Assembly (NCBI GenBank): GCA_963828525.1
Contig: CAWHEP010000011.1
Coordinates: forward strand, 128,001 to 192,000
Source: an uncultured Verrucomicrobiae bacterium
GTDB lineage: Bacteria; Verrucomicrobiota; Verrucomicrobiia; Chthoniobacterales; Chthoniobacteraceae
Direction of reading: 5' to 3'
Length of the DNA: 64,000 nt
Made by a program: the position numbers and the translations under genes. Positions 29,018 to 37,955 of this stretch are shown one piece after another. Under the pieces are notes generated by a model. It did not search any database and had not been told where the DNA came from. It saw only the letters and a list, made by a program, of their open reading frames with translations. Position 1 is the stretch's first letter; each line of letters opens with the position of its first letter.

Positions 29018-30553
29018 TCAAGCAGCGGGCGATGCCGGCAGCACAACAGTTTGAAAGGCCGCCGTGTGGACATTACCCCCGGTTTTGAACTGCACCCAGA
29101 CGCGATAGCTGCCGGGCGAGGGGAATTCATAGGGAATGGTAATCACCGAAGCACCGGACGCGGGATGATTCATCCCTGGCATGTCTGCCATACCTTCCGC
29201 CTCAGGAGCCGCGCCGCCTGCTTCCATCCTCATCTTGCGCTCAAAGAACGCCTGAGCTGCCATCGAATAGTTCCCGGAAGGGTGCAGATGGTCGAACACC
29301 GCGCCATCCTCGCGCAACACGGCCGCGTGGCTCAGCATTCCCATATAAGGCTCCAGCAAGGCGTGACGCCCGGTGGCGTCGCGCGCTTCGAAGCGCATCG
29401 CGGCATCTTTCTGGGCGTGGAGAGCGCCATGAGCCTTCCATGCAAGCTCCAACCCGTCGCCGACCGGGCAGACGGCGTCTGTGTCTGGAACCGTCTCAAT
29501 CGCCCGCGTGTTGATAGCCCAGGAATCATCCCGATCCACTGTTACCAATGCATTTTCCGGGGAAGCGGGAGGCAAGGCTGGAATTCTCACTGAAGCAGTA
29601 CCGGTTCCGCTGAATCCAGAGCCGCCAAGTGTCATGTCGCAGAAGATCTTATATTCTCCCTCCGGCAGCGGGGGCAACGCCACATCGAAAGTCTTGCCGC
29701 CCGTGCGAACCGGATGGAGATGGGCGAACGAGTCGCGGTCTGGCTCGCGGATCATGAAAAAGTGCAAGAGTTTGCCGTGATCGGGAATGAGCGGGAGAGA
29801 GGGATACGACGCGAATGCTTTCGCCCCGATGACAAGATGAAGCACCCGCTGGGAACCCGCCACGCGCGCGGAAGCGGCGAGGTCGGGCCAGGCTCCCTCA
29901 TGCAGATGCCTGCGGAAAATCCGTTCTTCCGACCCCCACCAGCGGCTTCCCCCGAGAAGAAGGAGGGCGAAAAGCAGAAGCGCGGCGGAGCAGCCCACCA
30001 GGCCCCTGAGGCGCTCTGTTGTGCCGGGCCGCTGACCCGCCGGCAGCACAGCCTCTCCCGTTGCCGCAGCCACAATCGCCGCCCCGCCCCCGACGAGGCC
30101 CACTCCCAGCGCAGCCAACAACACCTTCAGGAAAAGCGGCAGGGGGAGCTGGCTGGTTGCCACCGAGTTTACCGGTATTTGGATGCTCGCCCGGCCCGCC
30201 TTCCCTTGGATTTGCACTTCAATACTGTAAGCGCCGGAACTCATCAGCCAGAGTTCGCCCTCATACTTGTTCGGCTGGCCAGGCACCGGGCGCCCGGCAT
30301 CCGCGGGCGGGGCGTTCTTCACCGACGTCATATAGAACAGGGGAAGAAAAGAGACCGCCACAGGTTCCCTTGTCCCCATCTGGACGAAGATGTGAGCCTG
30401 TCCTGGAACCACAGGCGGCATACGGATTGTTATACTGGTCGTGTATGCTCCGACCTGTCCTTCATAGAAGACATCGGGACTTCCGATGTGGGCTTCGGCC
30501 CGGGACAGAAATGAACAGAGGAGAATTGTCAGAGCAGCCAGGCGCAGTCTCAT
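29018..30553 (-). CDS. Exported two-TM His-rich protein with PmoB-like topology (hypothetical)
   Basis: Signal peptide ending AEA before His22; two TMs; DHGKLLH...AHLHP and MGMLSH...DHLHP; ATGA overlap with the upstream gene. Confidence 0.6.
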   Translation of the reverse strand: MRLRLAALTILLCSFLSRAEAHIGSPDVFYEGQVGAYTTSITIRMPPVVPGQAHIFVQMGTREPVAVSFLPLFYMTSVKNAPPADAGRPVPGQPNKYEGELWLMSSGAYSIEVQIQGKAGRASIQIPVNSVATSQLPLPLFLKVLLAALGVGLVGGGAAIVAAATGEAVLPAGQRPGTTERLRGLVGCSAALLLFALLLLGGSRWWGSEERIFRRHLHEGAWPDLAASARVAGSQRVLHLVIGAKAFASYPSLPLIPDHGKLLHFFMIREPDRDSFAHLHPVRTGGKTFDVALPPLPEGEYKIFCDMTLGGSGFSGTGTASVRIPALPPASPENALVTVDRDDSWAINTRAIETVPDTDAVCPVGDGLELAWKAHGALHAQKDAAMRFEARDATGRHALLEPYMGMLSHAAVLREDGAVFDHLHPSGNYSMAAQAFFERKMRMEAGGAAPEAEGMADMPGMNHPASGASVITIPYEFPSPGSYRVWVQFKTGGNVHTAAFQTVVLPASPAA

Positions 30554-31698
30554 CGTTGCACTTTCCTCATCCACCCGCCCCAGAGCAGCCCGAGCCACGA
30601 ACCGATGGCTGCCAGCACCCAACTGATTGTGAGGGTCGACGGCCCGACCGCCTCCCCCCGCCAGAATGTCGTCCGGTAATTCCCCGGTCCGGCCCCGTAG
30701 CTCCAGATTCGGTTTCCAGCGAAGAACCAGTTATCCGCGCGCGGAGAGATCAGGAACGCCGCGAAATACCACTGTGCCGCGAGCAGCAGGATCAGGAAAA
30801 TGGCGCCCAAGGCGACAGACAGCGGCAAGGTCCGCCGCCAGCCACCCTCCTGGCCCCACCGGCGCAGAGCCATATCAATCCCAACGGCTGGGAAGATCAG
30901 TAACAGAGGGAATGGAGGTGGCACCATGCGCGTGAGAGGATTGAAAATCGGCGCGAGCTTCGGCTGCGCGGGAAACAGCGGCAGCACCCAGATCATGAAG
31001 CACTCCAGCCCCATGTAAACCGCCGCCGCCCGCGTGGCGGCCCAGCGAATCCGGCCCGCCCGGCCAAGCGCCACGATGCGAAATGGCAAGACCATTGAAC
31101 ATACCTCGTAAAAGAGGGCCGTATGCTGCTGATTGGGATAGGAGTATTCGCTCACGAATACACTTCCCAGCGTGAGGAAAATGCCCCCCACGTAAACAAA
31201 CAGTCCCGCTCCAGCGCCATCGTCCCCGCGATTCTGTCGAGACAGCACCAGGAGCAGCGCTCCGATGCTGATCCCCAGCAACCCAAACCCCAGGAGCACA
31301 TGCGGCGGGCTGAGGATCTTTACGTCCAGCCCATAAGCGGCATGCCACCAGTTGTCGAACGGCGCGGAGGTCAGCATCGCGACCGCGCCCCAGATCGCCA
31401 CGAACGCGCCTAATGGAGCGCGGGCGCCGAGAATTCCAACTGAAGAATCCCGGGTCTGCTCATCGCCCAGGAATGTGCATTTAAATGCCAGCCAGCCTCC
31501 CGTAAAACCGCCCAGCACTCCTCCCACGTAGATAGCCATATGCGCCGGCGTCCAGAACGTGTCACGGCCAATGGTTGTGTGCCAGGAGATGTCCCAGATG
31601 ATACCCACCGTCATGCTCGTAGCTGCTACGCTCAACAGCACGGCTGGCCAGAAAGCTCTCTCGCTTGAAGAAGAGGAGGGGAGGTTAACCACTGTCAT
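30550..31698 (-). CDS. Polytopic membrane protein with PmoC/AmoC-like metal motifs and a PmoA-like C-terminal half (hypothetical)
   Basis: WDISWHTTIGRDTFWTPAH and FDNWWHAAYGLDVKILSPPH; RIRWAAT; FPLLLIFPAVGID; start taken at MTVV. Confidence 0.65.
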   Translation of the reverse strand: MTVVNLPSSSSSERAFWPAVLLSVAATSMTVGIIWDISWHTTIGRDTFWTPAHMAIYVGGVLGGFTGGWLAFKCTFLGDEQTRDSSVGILGARAPLGAFVAIWGAVAMLTSAPFDNWWHAAYGLDVKILSPPHVLLGFGLLGISIGALLLVLSRQNRGDDGAGAGLFVYVGGIFLTLGSVFVSEYSYPNQQHTALFYEVCSMVLPFRIVALGRAGRIRWAATRAAAVYMGLECFMIWVLPLFPAQPKLAPIFNPLTRMVPPPFPLLLIFPAVGIDMALRRWGQEGGWRRTLPLSVALGAIFLILLLAAQWYFAAFLISPRADNWFFAGNRIWSYGAGPGNYRTTFWRGEAVGPSTLTISWVLAAIGSWLGLLWGGWMRKVQR

Positions 31699-31819
31699 GC
31701 GGGTAAAAATGGGGCGATGAAATTCCACGAAGACGATGAGTCATCGCGCGGGGAACGCAAGAAATCGTAAATAAGTGCCAGCTTGACGCGTTCGCAATTG
31801 AGGAAACACTGAGAGCGAA

Positions 31820-32455
31820 ATGAAAAAGTTTCTCCTCCTGCTGCCATCGCTCCTTCTCAGCGCCTCCCTTCTCCTGGCGCAGGGTCCCTCGGACGATGCG
31901 CAAAGAGGCTTCGCCAAACCGCTCAATGTTGCGCCTTCTTCCGAGCGGAGAGAAACGGAGATCGAGCCGAAGATTATCCGGCAGGAGACCGTGGATGTTC
32001 CCTCCGAAGCGGTCGCGAAAGGTTGGAGACCTAGGGCCGTAAATGTCGATCAGTGGCTTTCCACGATCCAGCAACCTGGCTATCGCCTCCTATATAAACA
32101 GCAAGGGAGTGAATATTACGCTGCCGTCTTCGTGACGGCGAAGCATGCGCTGGTGGTCGCGACCCAGCCGTTGCGTCCGGATCCCAATGAACCCGGCTAT
32201 GGCTCGGAATTCCGGATAGACGCCGCGGATGGGTCGGACGCGGGCGATTGGAAGCGCCGGGTGCCCCTGGAGATCGAATACATCCTCCACGCTGGAAATG
32301 GCGCCCAGGGAGACTACTTCGCCGATGCGGGCTGGTTGGTGCCGGTAAGAGGCCGCTCCAGGGGCCCCCTTCATATCGTCATGCAGAAATGGAAAGGGCC
32401 GGCACAGCCGCGCTGGACGCTGCTTGACTGCAAGATCTACTGGCCGCCCAGGTAA
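31820..32455 (+). CDS. Hypothetical secreted protein
   Basis: MKKFLLLL signal peptide, 211 aa. Confidence 0.65.
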   Translation: MKKFLLLLPSLLLSASLLLAQGPSDDAQRGFAKPLNVAPSSERRETEIEPKIIRQETVDVPSEAVAKGWRPRAVNVDQWLSTIQQPGYRLLYKQQGSEYYAAVFVTAKHALVVATQPLRPDPNEPGYGSEFRIDAADGSDAGDWKRRVPLEIEYILHAGNGAQGDYFADAGWLVPVRGRSRGPLHIVMQKWKGPAQPRWTLLDCKIYWPPR

Positions 32456-33828
32456 GGGCGCGTTGGCAATGCGCGGCGTGGCGGAATGCCGCGGACGAGC
32501 AGGCGGCTAGGACCCAGGGCCAGCTCGTTTAGGGATTTGCCGGAGTCTTTCTGGGAGAGGCCGCGGCGGGCCTCGATGCATTCGGCGAGGAAGCGCGCGT
32601 CGCGGGCGACGCCAGAGAAGCGTCCCGAGCCCCACGTATACTGCCATGGAAGGCCCAGGAAATAGACGCCGGGTATGTTGGTGACCCCGCGCTGGTGGCT
32701 CGGGTACCCTTTGCCGTCGAAAACGGGGATTTCGATCCATGTGTAATCGGATCGATAGCCCATGCTCCAGATGACGGAAGTGATTCCGGCGGCAGCGTAG
32801 TCCAGTTCCAATGGGATGTTTTCCGGCTGCCAGAGGGGCTGGTAGCGTTCTTCCGCCGGGGCGTCGATGCCGTTTGCGACGATGAACTTGTCAATCGTGG
32901 TCTTGATGCTTTCGGCGACGTTGTCCGCTTGATCGAGATTTGTTTTCAGATCGTCCGCGAACTCCAGGAGCGGGCCGCGCAGGTCCTTCAATCGTCCATG
33001 GAGTTGCATCCCTTCGACGGCGAACTTGCGGAGGTCGATGTCGCGCCCGCCGTCCCTGCCGGTCACATAATGGTTTGCCTTCGCCCGAACGCGCTCCTTT
33101 AGCGGGTGCTCGTGGACGGGCTTGTCGTAGTAACCCATCTCGTGAAGCCACATGACGACGTCCTTGCCGCGGTAGCGTCGCGCGGTGCGTGGCGCGCCGC
33201 CGACGCAAAGGTGCGTCTTGCGGCCCGCGAGGTGGAGATCCTCGGCGATCTGGCATCCGGATTGGCCGGAGCCGACCACTAGCACCGCTCCGGGTGGCAG
33301 CGAGTCAGGGTTTTTGTAATCGGAGGAATGAATCTGATGCATCGCGGGCGGGAAACGCTCGGCGATGCGCGGGATCGTGGCGACGTGGTAGCCGCCCGTC
33401 GCGACGACGACCTGGTCGGCGGTGAAGTCGCCGCTGCTCGTGTTCAGCTCGAAGGCCCCGGACTCGTGCCGGCGCAGCCTTGAGACCGAGACGCCTTCCT
33501 TCAATGGTGGATCAAACGAGCGGGCATAGGACGCGATGTATTCGACGATCTCTTCCTTCTTCATGAAGCCGTCCGGATCGTTCCCGGAATAGCGGAATCC
33601 GGGAAGCATGCATTGCCAGTTTGGCGTGACCAAGCAGAAGGTGTCCCAGCGTTTGGCGCGCCAGGATTCGGCCAGGCGGTTTTTTTCGAAGATTAGATGA
33701 TGAATGCCCCGTTGCTTGAGGCAATAGCTGAGTGAGAGGCCCGCCTGTCCTCCGCCGACGATGAGAACGGAATAATGCTTCGCTTCTTCCGACGTGGCGG
33801 GTTCCCTGGTTGAGAGATGGTCGTGCAT
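32437..33828 (-). CDS. nitH: Nit1C flavin-dependent oxidoreductase (MSMEG_0569 family); true stop probably at 32507
   Basis: VGGGQAGLS, RWDTFCLVTPNWQC, NHYVTGRDGGRDIDLR, TWGSGRFSGV. Confidence 0.92.
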   Translation of the reverse strand: MHDHLSTREPATSEEAKHYSVLIVGGGQAGLSLSYCLKQRGIHHLIFEKNRLAESWRAKRWDTFCLVTPNWQCMLPGFRYSGNDPDGFMKKEEIVEYIASYARSFDPPLKEGVSVSRLRRHESGAFELNTSSGDFTADQVVVATGGYHVATIPRIAERFPPAMHQIHSSDYKNPDSLPPGAVLVVGSGQSGCQIAEDLHLAGRKTHLCVGGAPRTARRYRGKDVVMWLHEMGYYDKPVHEHPLKERVRAKANHYVTGRDGGRDIDLRKFAVEGMQLHGRLKDLRGPLLEFADDLKTNLDQADNVAESIKTTIDKFIVANGIDAPAEERYQPLWQPENIPLELDYAAAGITSVIWSMGYRSDYTWIEIPVFDGKGYPSHQRGVTNIPGVYFLGLPWQYTWGSGRFSGVARDARFLAECIEARRGLSQKDSGKSLNELALGPSRLLVRGIPPRRALPTRPYLGGQ

Positions 33829-34103
33829 CAGACGCGAAGAATGCGGATGGTAAAATCCCGGGGGCAATCGCTCGTCCAGCGTTCGATCTCCGCGAGTTGG
33901 GAAGCGGCTGAGCTACACGCAAAACCGAACTTCGCCCGCACCCTTTCCGAAGCAGCGCCGAGGGCCTTGCGACTGCGGGTGACGAATTCCTCGACCGGCA
34001 TTTCATCGCCCGCCGCGAAGTAATCGCGGATGACGGTGGAAGGCGAGTAGCACTCCCTAGTTTCGCCATCGGTGAGTTGGACGGTAAATGTGATTTCGGG
34101 CAT
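33828..34103 (-). CDS. nitG: Nit1C small protein (MSMEG_0570 family)
   Basis: MPEITF...CYSPS...ASERVRAKFGFACS. Confidence 0.92.
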   Translation of the reverse strand: MPEITFTVQLTDGETRECYSPSTVIRDYFAAGDEMPVEEFVTRSRKALGAASERVRAKFGFACSSAASQLAEIERWTSDCPRDFTIRILRV

Positions 34104-34104
34104 A

Positions 34105-35229
34105 TTATTTTTCGAACGCCGAGAGGGTTGAGCACGCGGCGCACCTCGCGCAGCCGGCCTTGACGGTGTCGGATGTCATGCCGGCTTCCCTCAGCCACTG
34201 GCCAAGCGGCTGGAGGATGGCTTGCATGAAGTCGGCGGACGGTGGAGCGTGGTTTGCGAGGGGCGTGCCCCCGACAGGAACGAAGGGGACGACGAAAGGA
34301 TAGACGCCGATGGCGATCAGGACGCGCGAGGCTTCCAGAAGCCCTTCTACGGTGTCGCCCAGTCCGGCGAGCAGATAGGTGCTGACCTGTCCCCGGCCAA
34401 AGACAGCCACTGCCGCGGCGAACGCCTCCAGGTAAAAGCCGAGCGGCACTTCGGCCTTCCCGGGCATGATGACGCGGCGAGTGTCTTCATCCCATGCCTC
34501 GAGATGCATGCCGAGGGTGTCGATGCCCGCGCGGCGCATCCGGCCGAACCATGCGAAGTCGGCAGGCGGTTCGCACTGGCCCTGGATCGGCAGGCCTGTG
34601 CGCTGCTTGATGGCGGCGGCCGCTTCGGCCAGCACAGCGGCGCCGCGGTCATCTGTCGCGGGAGTCCCGGTGGTCATGACGACATTACGGACGCCGTCGA
34701 GGCTCTGGGCGGCAGCGGCGACCTCGGCGAGTTGGGCGGGTGTTTTTTTCGCGATGGTGCGTCCGCCCTTGAGCGATTCGCCGATGGCGCAGAACTGGCA
34801 TCTGGTGGAGCTGTTGCCGTAGCGAACGCAGGTTTGCAGCACCGTCGTCGCGAGCGTGTCGCGCGAATGGAGTTGCGCGATCTTCCAATACGGGATGCCC
34901 TCGGCGGTGCTCAAGCCGTAGAATTTCGGCGGGGGCGGGAACGAGATTTCACAGACCACGTCGTCTCCGTCGCGGAGCACCGAGACGCCGCGCTTATCCG
35001 GCGGAGTGGCGCTGTACGGCGACCAGGCCGCGGAGCGCGTATGCACCGGGGCCATGATCGTCGTGTCGAAAAGGGTGACGGCCTTGTGGTCGGTCGGCCC
35101 CGCGCCGCCTACGCGGCTGGGCGCGCCAGCACTGGCATCCAGCAGCCGCAGGCCCCGCGTCTGGATCTCAGTGAGCAGGAACTGCTTCTTCGCTAGCAGC
35201 GCCGTTGAGAATTCGGCTGTTGTCGTCAT
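34105..35229 (-). CDS. nitD: Nit1C radical SAM protein (MSMEG_0568 family)
   Basis: [17 protein letters not shown]...[18 protein letters not shown]; start taken at MTTTAEF. Confidence 0.93.
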   Translation of the reverse strand: MTTTAEFSTALLAKKQFLLTEIQTRGLRLLDASAGAPSRVGGAGPTDHKAVTLFDTTIMAPVHTRSAAWSPYSATPPDKRGVSVLRDGDDVVCEISFPPPPKFYGLSTAEGIPYWKIAQLHSRDTLATTVLQTCVRYGNSSTRCQFCAIGESLKGGRTIAKKTPAQLAEVAAAAQSLDGVRNVVMTTGTPATDDRGAAVLAEAAAAIKQRTGLPIQGQCEPPADFAWFGRMRRAGIDTLGMHLEAWDEDTRRVIMPGKAEVPLGFYLEAFAAAVAVFGRGQVSTYLLAGLGDTVEGLLEASRVLIAIGVYPFVVPFVPVGGTPLANHAPPSADFMQAILQPLGQWLREAGMTSDTVKAGCARCAACSTLSAFEK

Positions 35230-36186
35230 ACGTTTCAGAGTGCCTGCTTTGCGCGGGCTGCGCCGCTTTCGTCCGGACGTGCGACCGCGCCTCGCGGTCA
35301 ATGAGAAGAGTAAAAATATCCGGGCGCGCGTAATGGCCGCAGGAGTCCATCATCCGTTTTCGCTTCGTCAGCAAAGCGGGGTCCAGTTCAGCGATTGCCA
35401 TGCCTTCGCCTTCGGTGATGGGATCACAGAGCGGCGCGCCTTCGGGCGAGATGATCGCGGTGTAGCAGCCGCCGCGCAGAGTCTTCCTCAGCTTCTCGTC
35501 GGGTGTGATCGATTCGACGTGGTCGTCGGTAAGCCAGCCGGTGGCGTTGACCACGAAGCAGCCGGCCTCAAGGGCGTGATGGCGGATTGTCACCTCGATC
35601 TGGTCGGCAAAAATCTGGCCCACCATGGATCCCGGGAACTGCGCGCAATGGATTTCCTCGCCGTCTTCCATGAGGGCGAAGCGCGCGAGTGGGTTGTAGT
35701 GCTCCCAGCACGCGAGCGCGCCGAGGCGGCCGACGGCGGTATCGACCGCGCGGATACCGCTGCCGTCGCCTTGGCCCCAGATCATCCGTTCATGATACGT
35801 AGGCGTGATCTTCCGGCGCTTGAGCGCGAGCGAGCCGTCGGCGTCGAAAATCAGTTGCGCGTTATAGAGGCTGCCGCCTTCGCGTTCGTTCACTCCGACC
35901 ACCAGCACCATCCGGTGCCGTTTTGCTGTCTCGGCGAGCCGCGCCGTGACAGGCCCGGGTACCTCGACGGCATGGCCGTAGAGCCGGAGATGCTCCTTGC
36001 CGGAGAGGGCAGGCGGGGCAACGAAGGAGAAGTAGGGGTAGTAAGGAATGAACGTCTCCGGAAAGACGGCAAGCTCCACGCCCTGGGCAGCGGCGCGATC
36101 GGCGGCTTCGCACACTTTGTCGAGTGTGCCGGCGCCCCCGCGAGATCGGGAGCGATCTGGATTGCCGCTGCCTTGATCCGCTTCAT
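35168..36186 (-). CDS. nitC: Nit1C (Nit6803-type) nitrilase; frameshift at the C5 run 36135-36139
   Basis: [15 protein letters not shown] (E), [19 protein letters not shown] (K), [10 protein letters not shown] (C); N-terminus [14 protein letters not shown] in ORF 35890..36186. Confidence 0.94.
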
Positions 36187-36737
36187 TCGAAAACGCTCGC
36201 GCCCTTACACGTCCAGGAATCGATAATGACCGCGCCCGCTTTTTTGTGCATGAGGATGACGTCGAGCACGTCGAGCGGGTTGATCGGAATGATGCCTGGC
36301 AAAAAGGCTTTCTCGGTCTGGCCGTAGAGCGCCTGGGTTGAAAAGCGGCAGCCATAGATTTTGCCGCCCTCTTCCATGAATTTCAGGAGCCGGGTGTTGA
36401 CAAAAAGGTGACCGGGGAAAGCTTCGTCCCCGAGGGTCGGAAAGCCTTTCTGGAAGCCCATGGTAACGCCCGGGCCGTAAAGGAGAATGGAGGTCTCGTA
36501 TCCCTTCCGCTGGAGCCGGGTGGCGGTAAGCGTGTTGACGATGGAGATCGAACCCTCGAAGGCGATGGTGTGGAAGGTGACCAGGGCCTTTTCGCCGGGG
36601 TCCGCTTTGATGTCCGGGAAAACTTTCTCTTCGTAATCGACCAGGAAATCTCCGGCCTTGTTCATTTCTCTCTCGAGCTTGGGCATAGTCTTGCTTTCTG
36701 TAGTTGTTGTTTCTGTTTTCGCCGGAGCGTTAAGCAT
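36183..36737 (-). CDS. nitB: Nit1C DsrE-like protein (MSMEG_0572/sll0783 family); alternative start at 36686
   Basis: [37 protein letters not shown]. Confidence 0.93.
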   Translation of the reverse strand: MLNAPAKTETTTTESKTMPKLEREMNKAGDFLVDYEEKVFPDIKADPGEKALVTFHTIAFEGSISIVNTLTATRLQRKGYETSILLYGPGVTMGFQKGFPTLGDEAFPGHLFVNTRLLKFMEEGGKIYGCRFSTQALYGQTEKAFLPGIIPINPLDVLDVILMHKKAGAVIIDSWTCKGASVFE

Positions 36738-36771
36738 GGGTTGAACCGCGGCGGGTATGGGCGCGAAGGTT

Positions 36772-36795
36772 TGTTGCGCATATCGTTGCGCAACA
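36772..36795. promoter_or_regulatory. Palindromic operator candidate between divergent nitB and the LacI gene
   Basis: TGTTGCGCA-TATCGT-TGCGCAACA, perfect 9-bp inverted repeat. Confidence 0.6.
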
Positions 36796-36854
36796 GATGG
36801 AAAATGTTTAGTTCAGGCGAAGTCAGGTGACCGTCTCCTGTTTAAAAAGCGCCG

Positions 36855-37955
36855 ATGGAACAAATACAGACAGTGCGGATGGCGCAAATTGCGCAAAAGC
36901 TTGGCGTGGCGACTTCTACTATTTCGCGCGCCTTGCGGGGCAATCCGCGAATAGGCGAGGAGATGCGAAAATCAGTCGCGGAGACGGCGCGGAAGCTCGG
37001 GTATCGACCGAATCCTCTGGTCAGCGCGCTCATGGCAAACCGTCGGCGGCGGGGAGGGAAGGGGGAGGTGGACGTCATAGCGCTCGTCACCAGCTACGGG
37101 GGCAGGCACGACTGGCGGGCGAAGGAGGTGTGCCGCTGGGAGTTTGACGGCATCCAGCGCCGGGCATCCGCCTTGGGCTTTGGCATCGAGGTTTTTCCGC
37201 TTCCCGACTACCGCGGTGACGCGAGCCGGCTGGAGGCTACTTTGCGGGCGCGCGGCATCCGTGGGGTATTGATGGGGTTTTCGCGTGAAGAAGCGGGAGA
37301 CGTGTCCTTCCGGCCCGACGGTTTCGCCATTGCGGGACTGAGCGGGTATTTCCGTTCAGCAGTGCTGGATCGCGCGAATTTCCACGGCTTTTTCAACGTG
37401 CAACTCGCGCTCGAACAGATGGCGCGTCTGGGGTATCGGCGTCCGGGGTTGGTAGTGCCCGAGTTGAGCAATCAGCTCTCGAACAACCACTGGTCCGGCG
37501 CTTTCCTGGACTGGCAGCGCCGCCTGCCGGAAGGGGATCGTTGCGAGCCGTTCATCCCGGCGGGCGAACCGGACGCGGCTGAGTTTAACAAATGGCTGGA
37601 CCGCAATCGCCCGGACGCGCTGCTCGTTTACAAGATAACGGCGCGCGGGTTCCTCGCCCGGCGGGGGTTGCGCGTGCCAAACGACATCGGACTGGCTTAT
37701 CTGTACCGCACCTCGCATGAGATTGACGCCGCCGCAGGGATCGACGGAAACCTTTCTTCGGTGGGCGCGGCGGCGGTGGAACTGGTGGTCGAGAAGCTCA
37801 ACACCAACAGCCTCGGCGTAAGCGATCACACGAAAGAAGTGCTCATCAAGGGCTCGTGGCATGACGGCCCTACGCTTCCCGCGCGCGCGAGTCCTTCGCG
37901 CGAAACGGCTGCCGCGCAGAGCCGTAGCAAAGCACGAGGGAAGGCTCGGCGGTGA
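36855..37955 (+). CDS. LacI-family transcriptional regulator
   Basis: MAQIAQKLGVATSTISRALR...LGYRPNPLVSALM HTH; LGYRRPGL. Confidence 0.92.
   Translation: MEQIQTVRMAQIAQKLGVATSTISRALRGNPRIGEEMRKSVAETARKLGYRPNPLVSALMANRRRRGGKGEVDVIALVTSYGGRHDWRAKEVCRWEFDGIQRRASALGFGIEVFPLPDYRGDASRLEATLRARGIRGVLMGFSREEAGDVSFRPDGFAIAGLSGYFRSAVLDRANFHGFFNVQLALEQMARLGYRRPGLVVPELSNQLSNNHWSGAFLDWQRRLPEGDRCEPFIPAGEPDAAEFNKWLDRNRPDALLVYKITARGFLARRGLRVPNDIGLAYLYRTSHEIDAAAGIDGNLSSVGAAAVELVVEKLNTNSLGVSDHTKEVLIKGSWHDGPTLPARASPSRETAAAQSRSKARGKARR

Noticed and set aside
29018..31698. Calling the organism a methanotroph or ammonia oxidiser
   Set aside because: Similarity is limited to motifs and topology, canonical PmoA/PmoB signatures are absent, and no mxa/xox/hao genes are in the window.
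36135..36139. Programmed frameshift or phase variation in the nitrilase
   Set aside because: The run is only 5 nt and similar indels occur throughout the window, so sequencing error is simpler.
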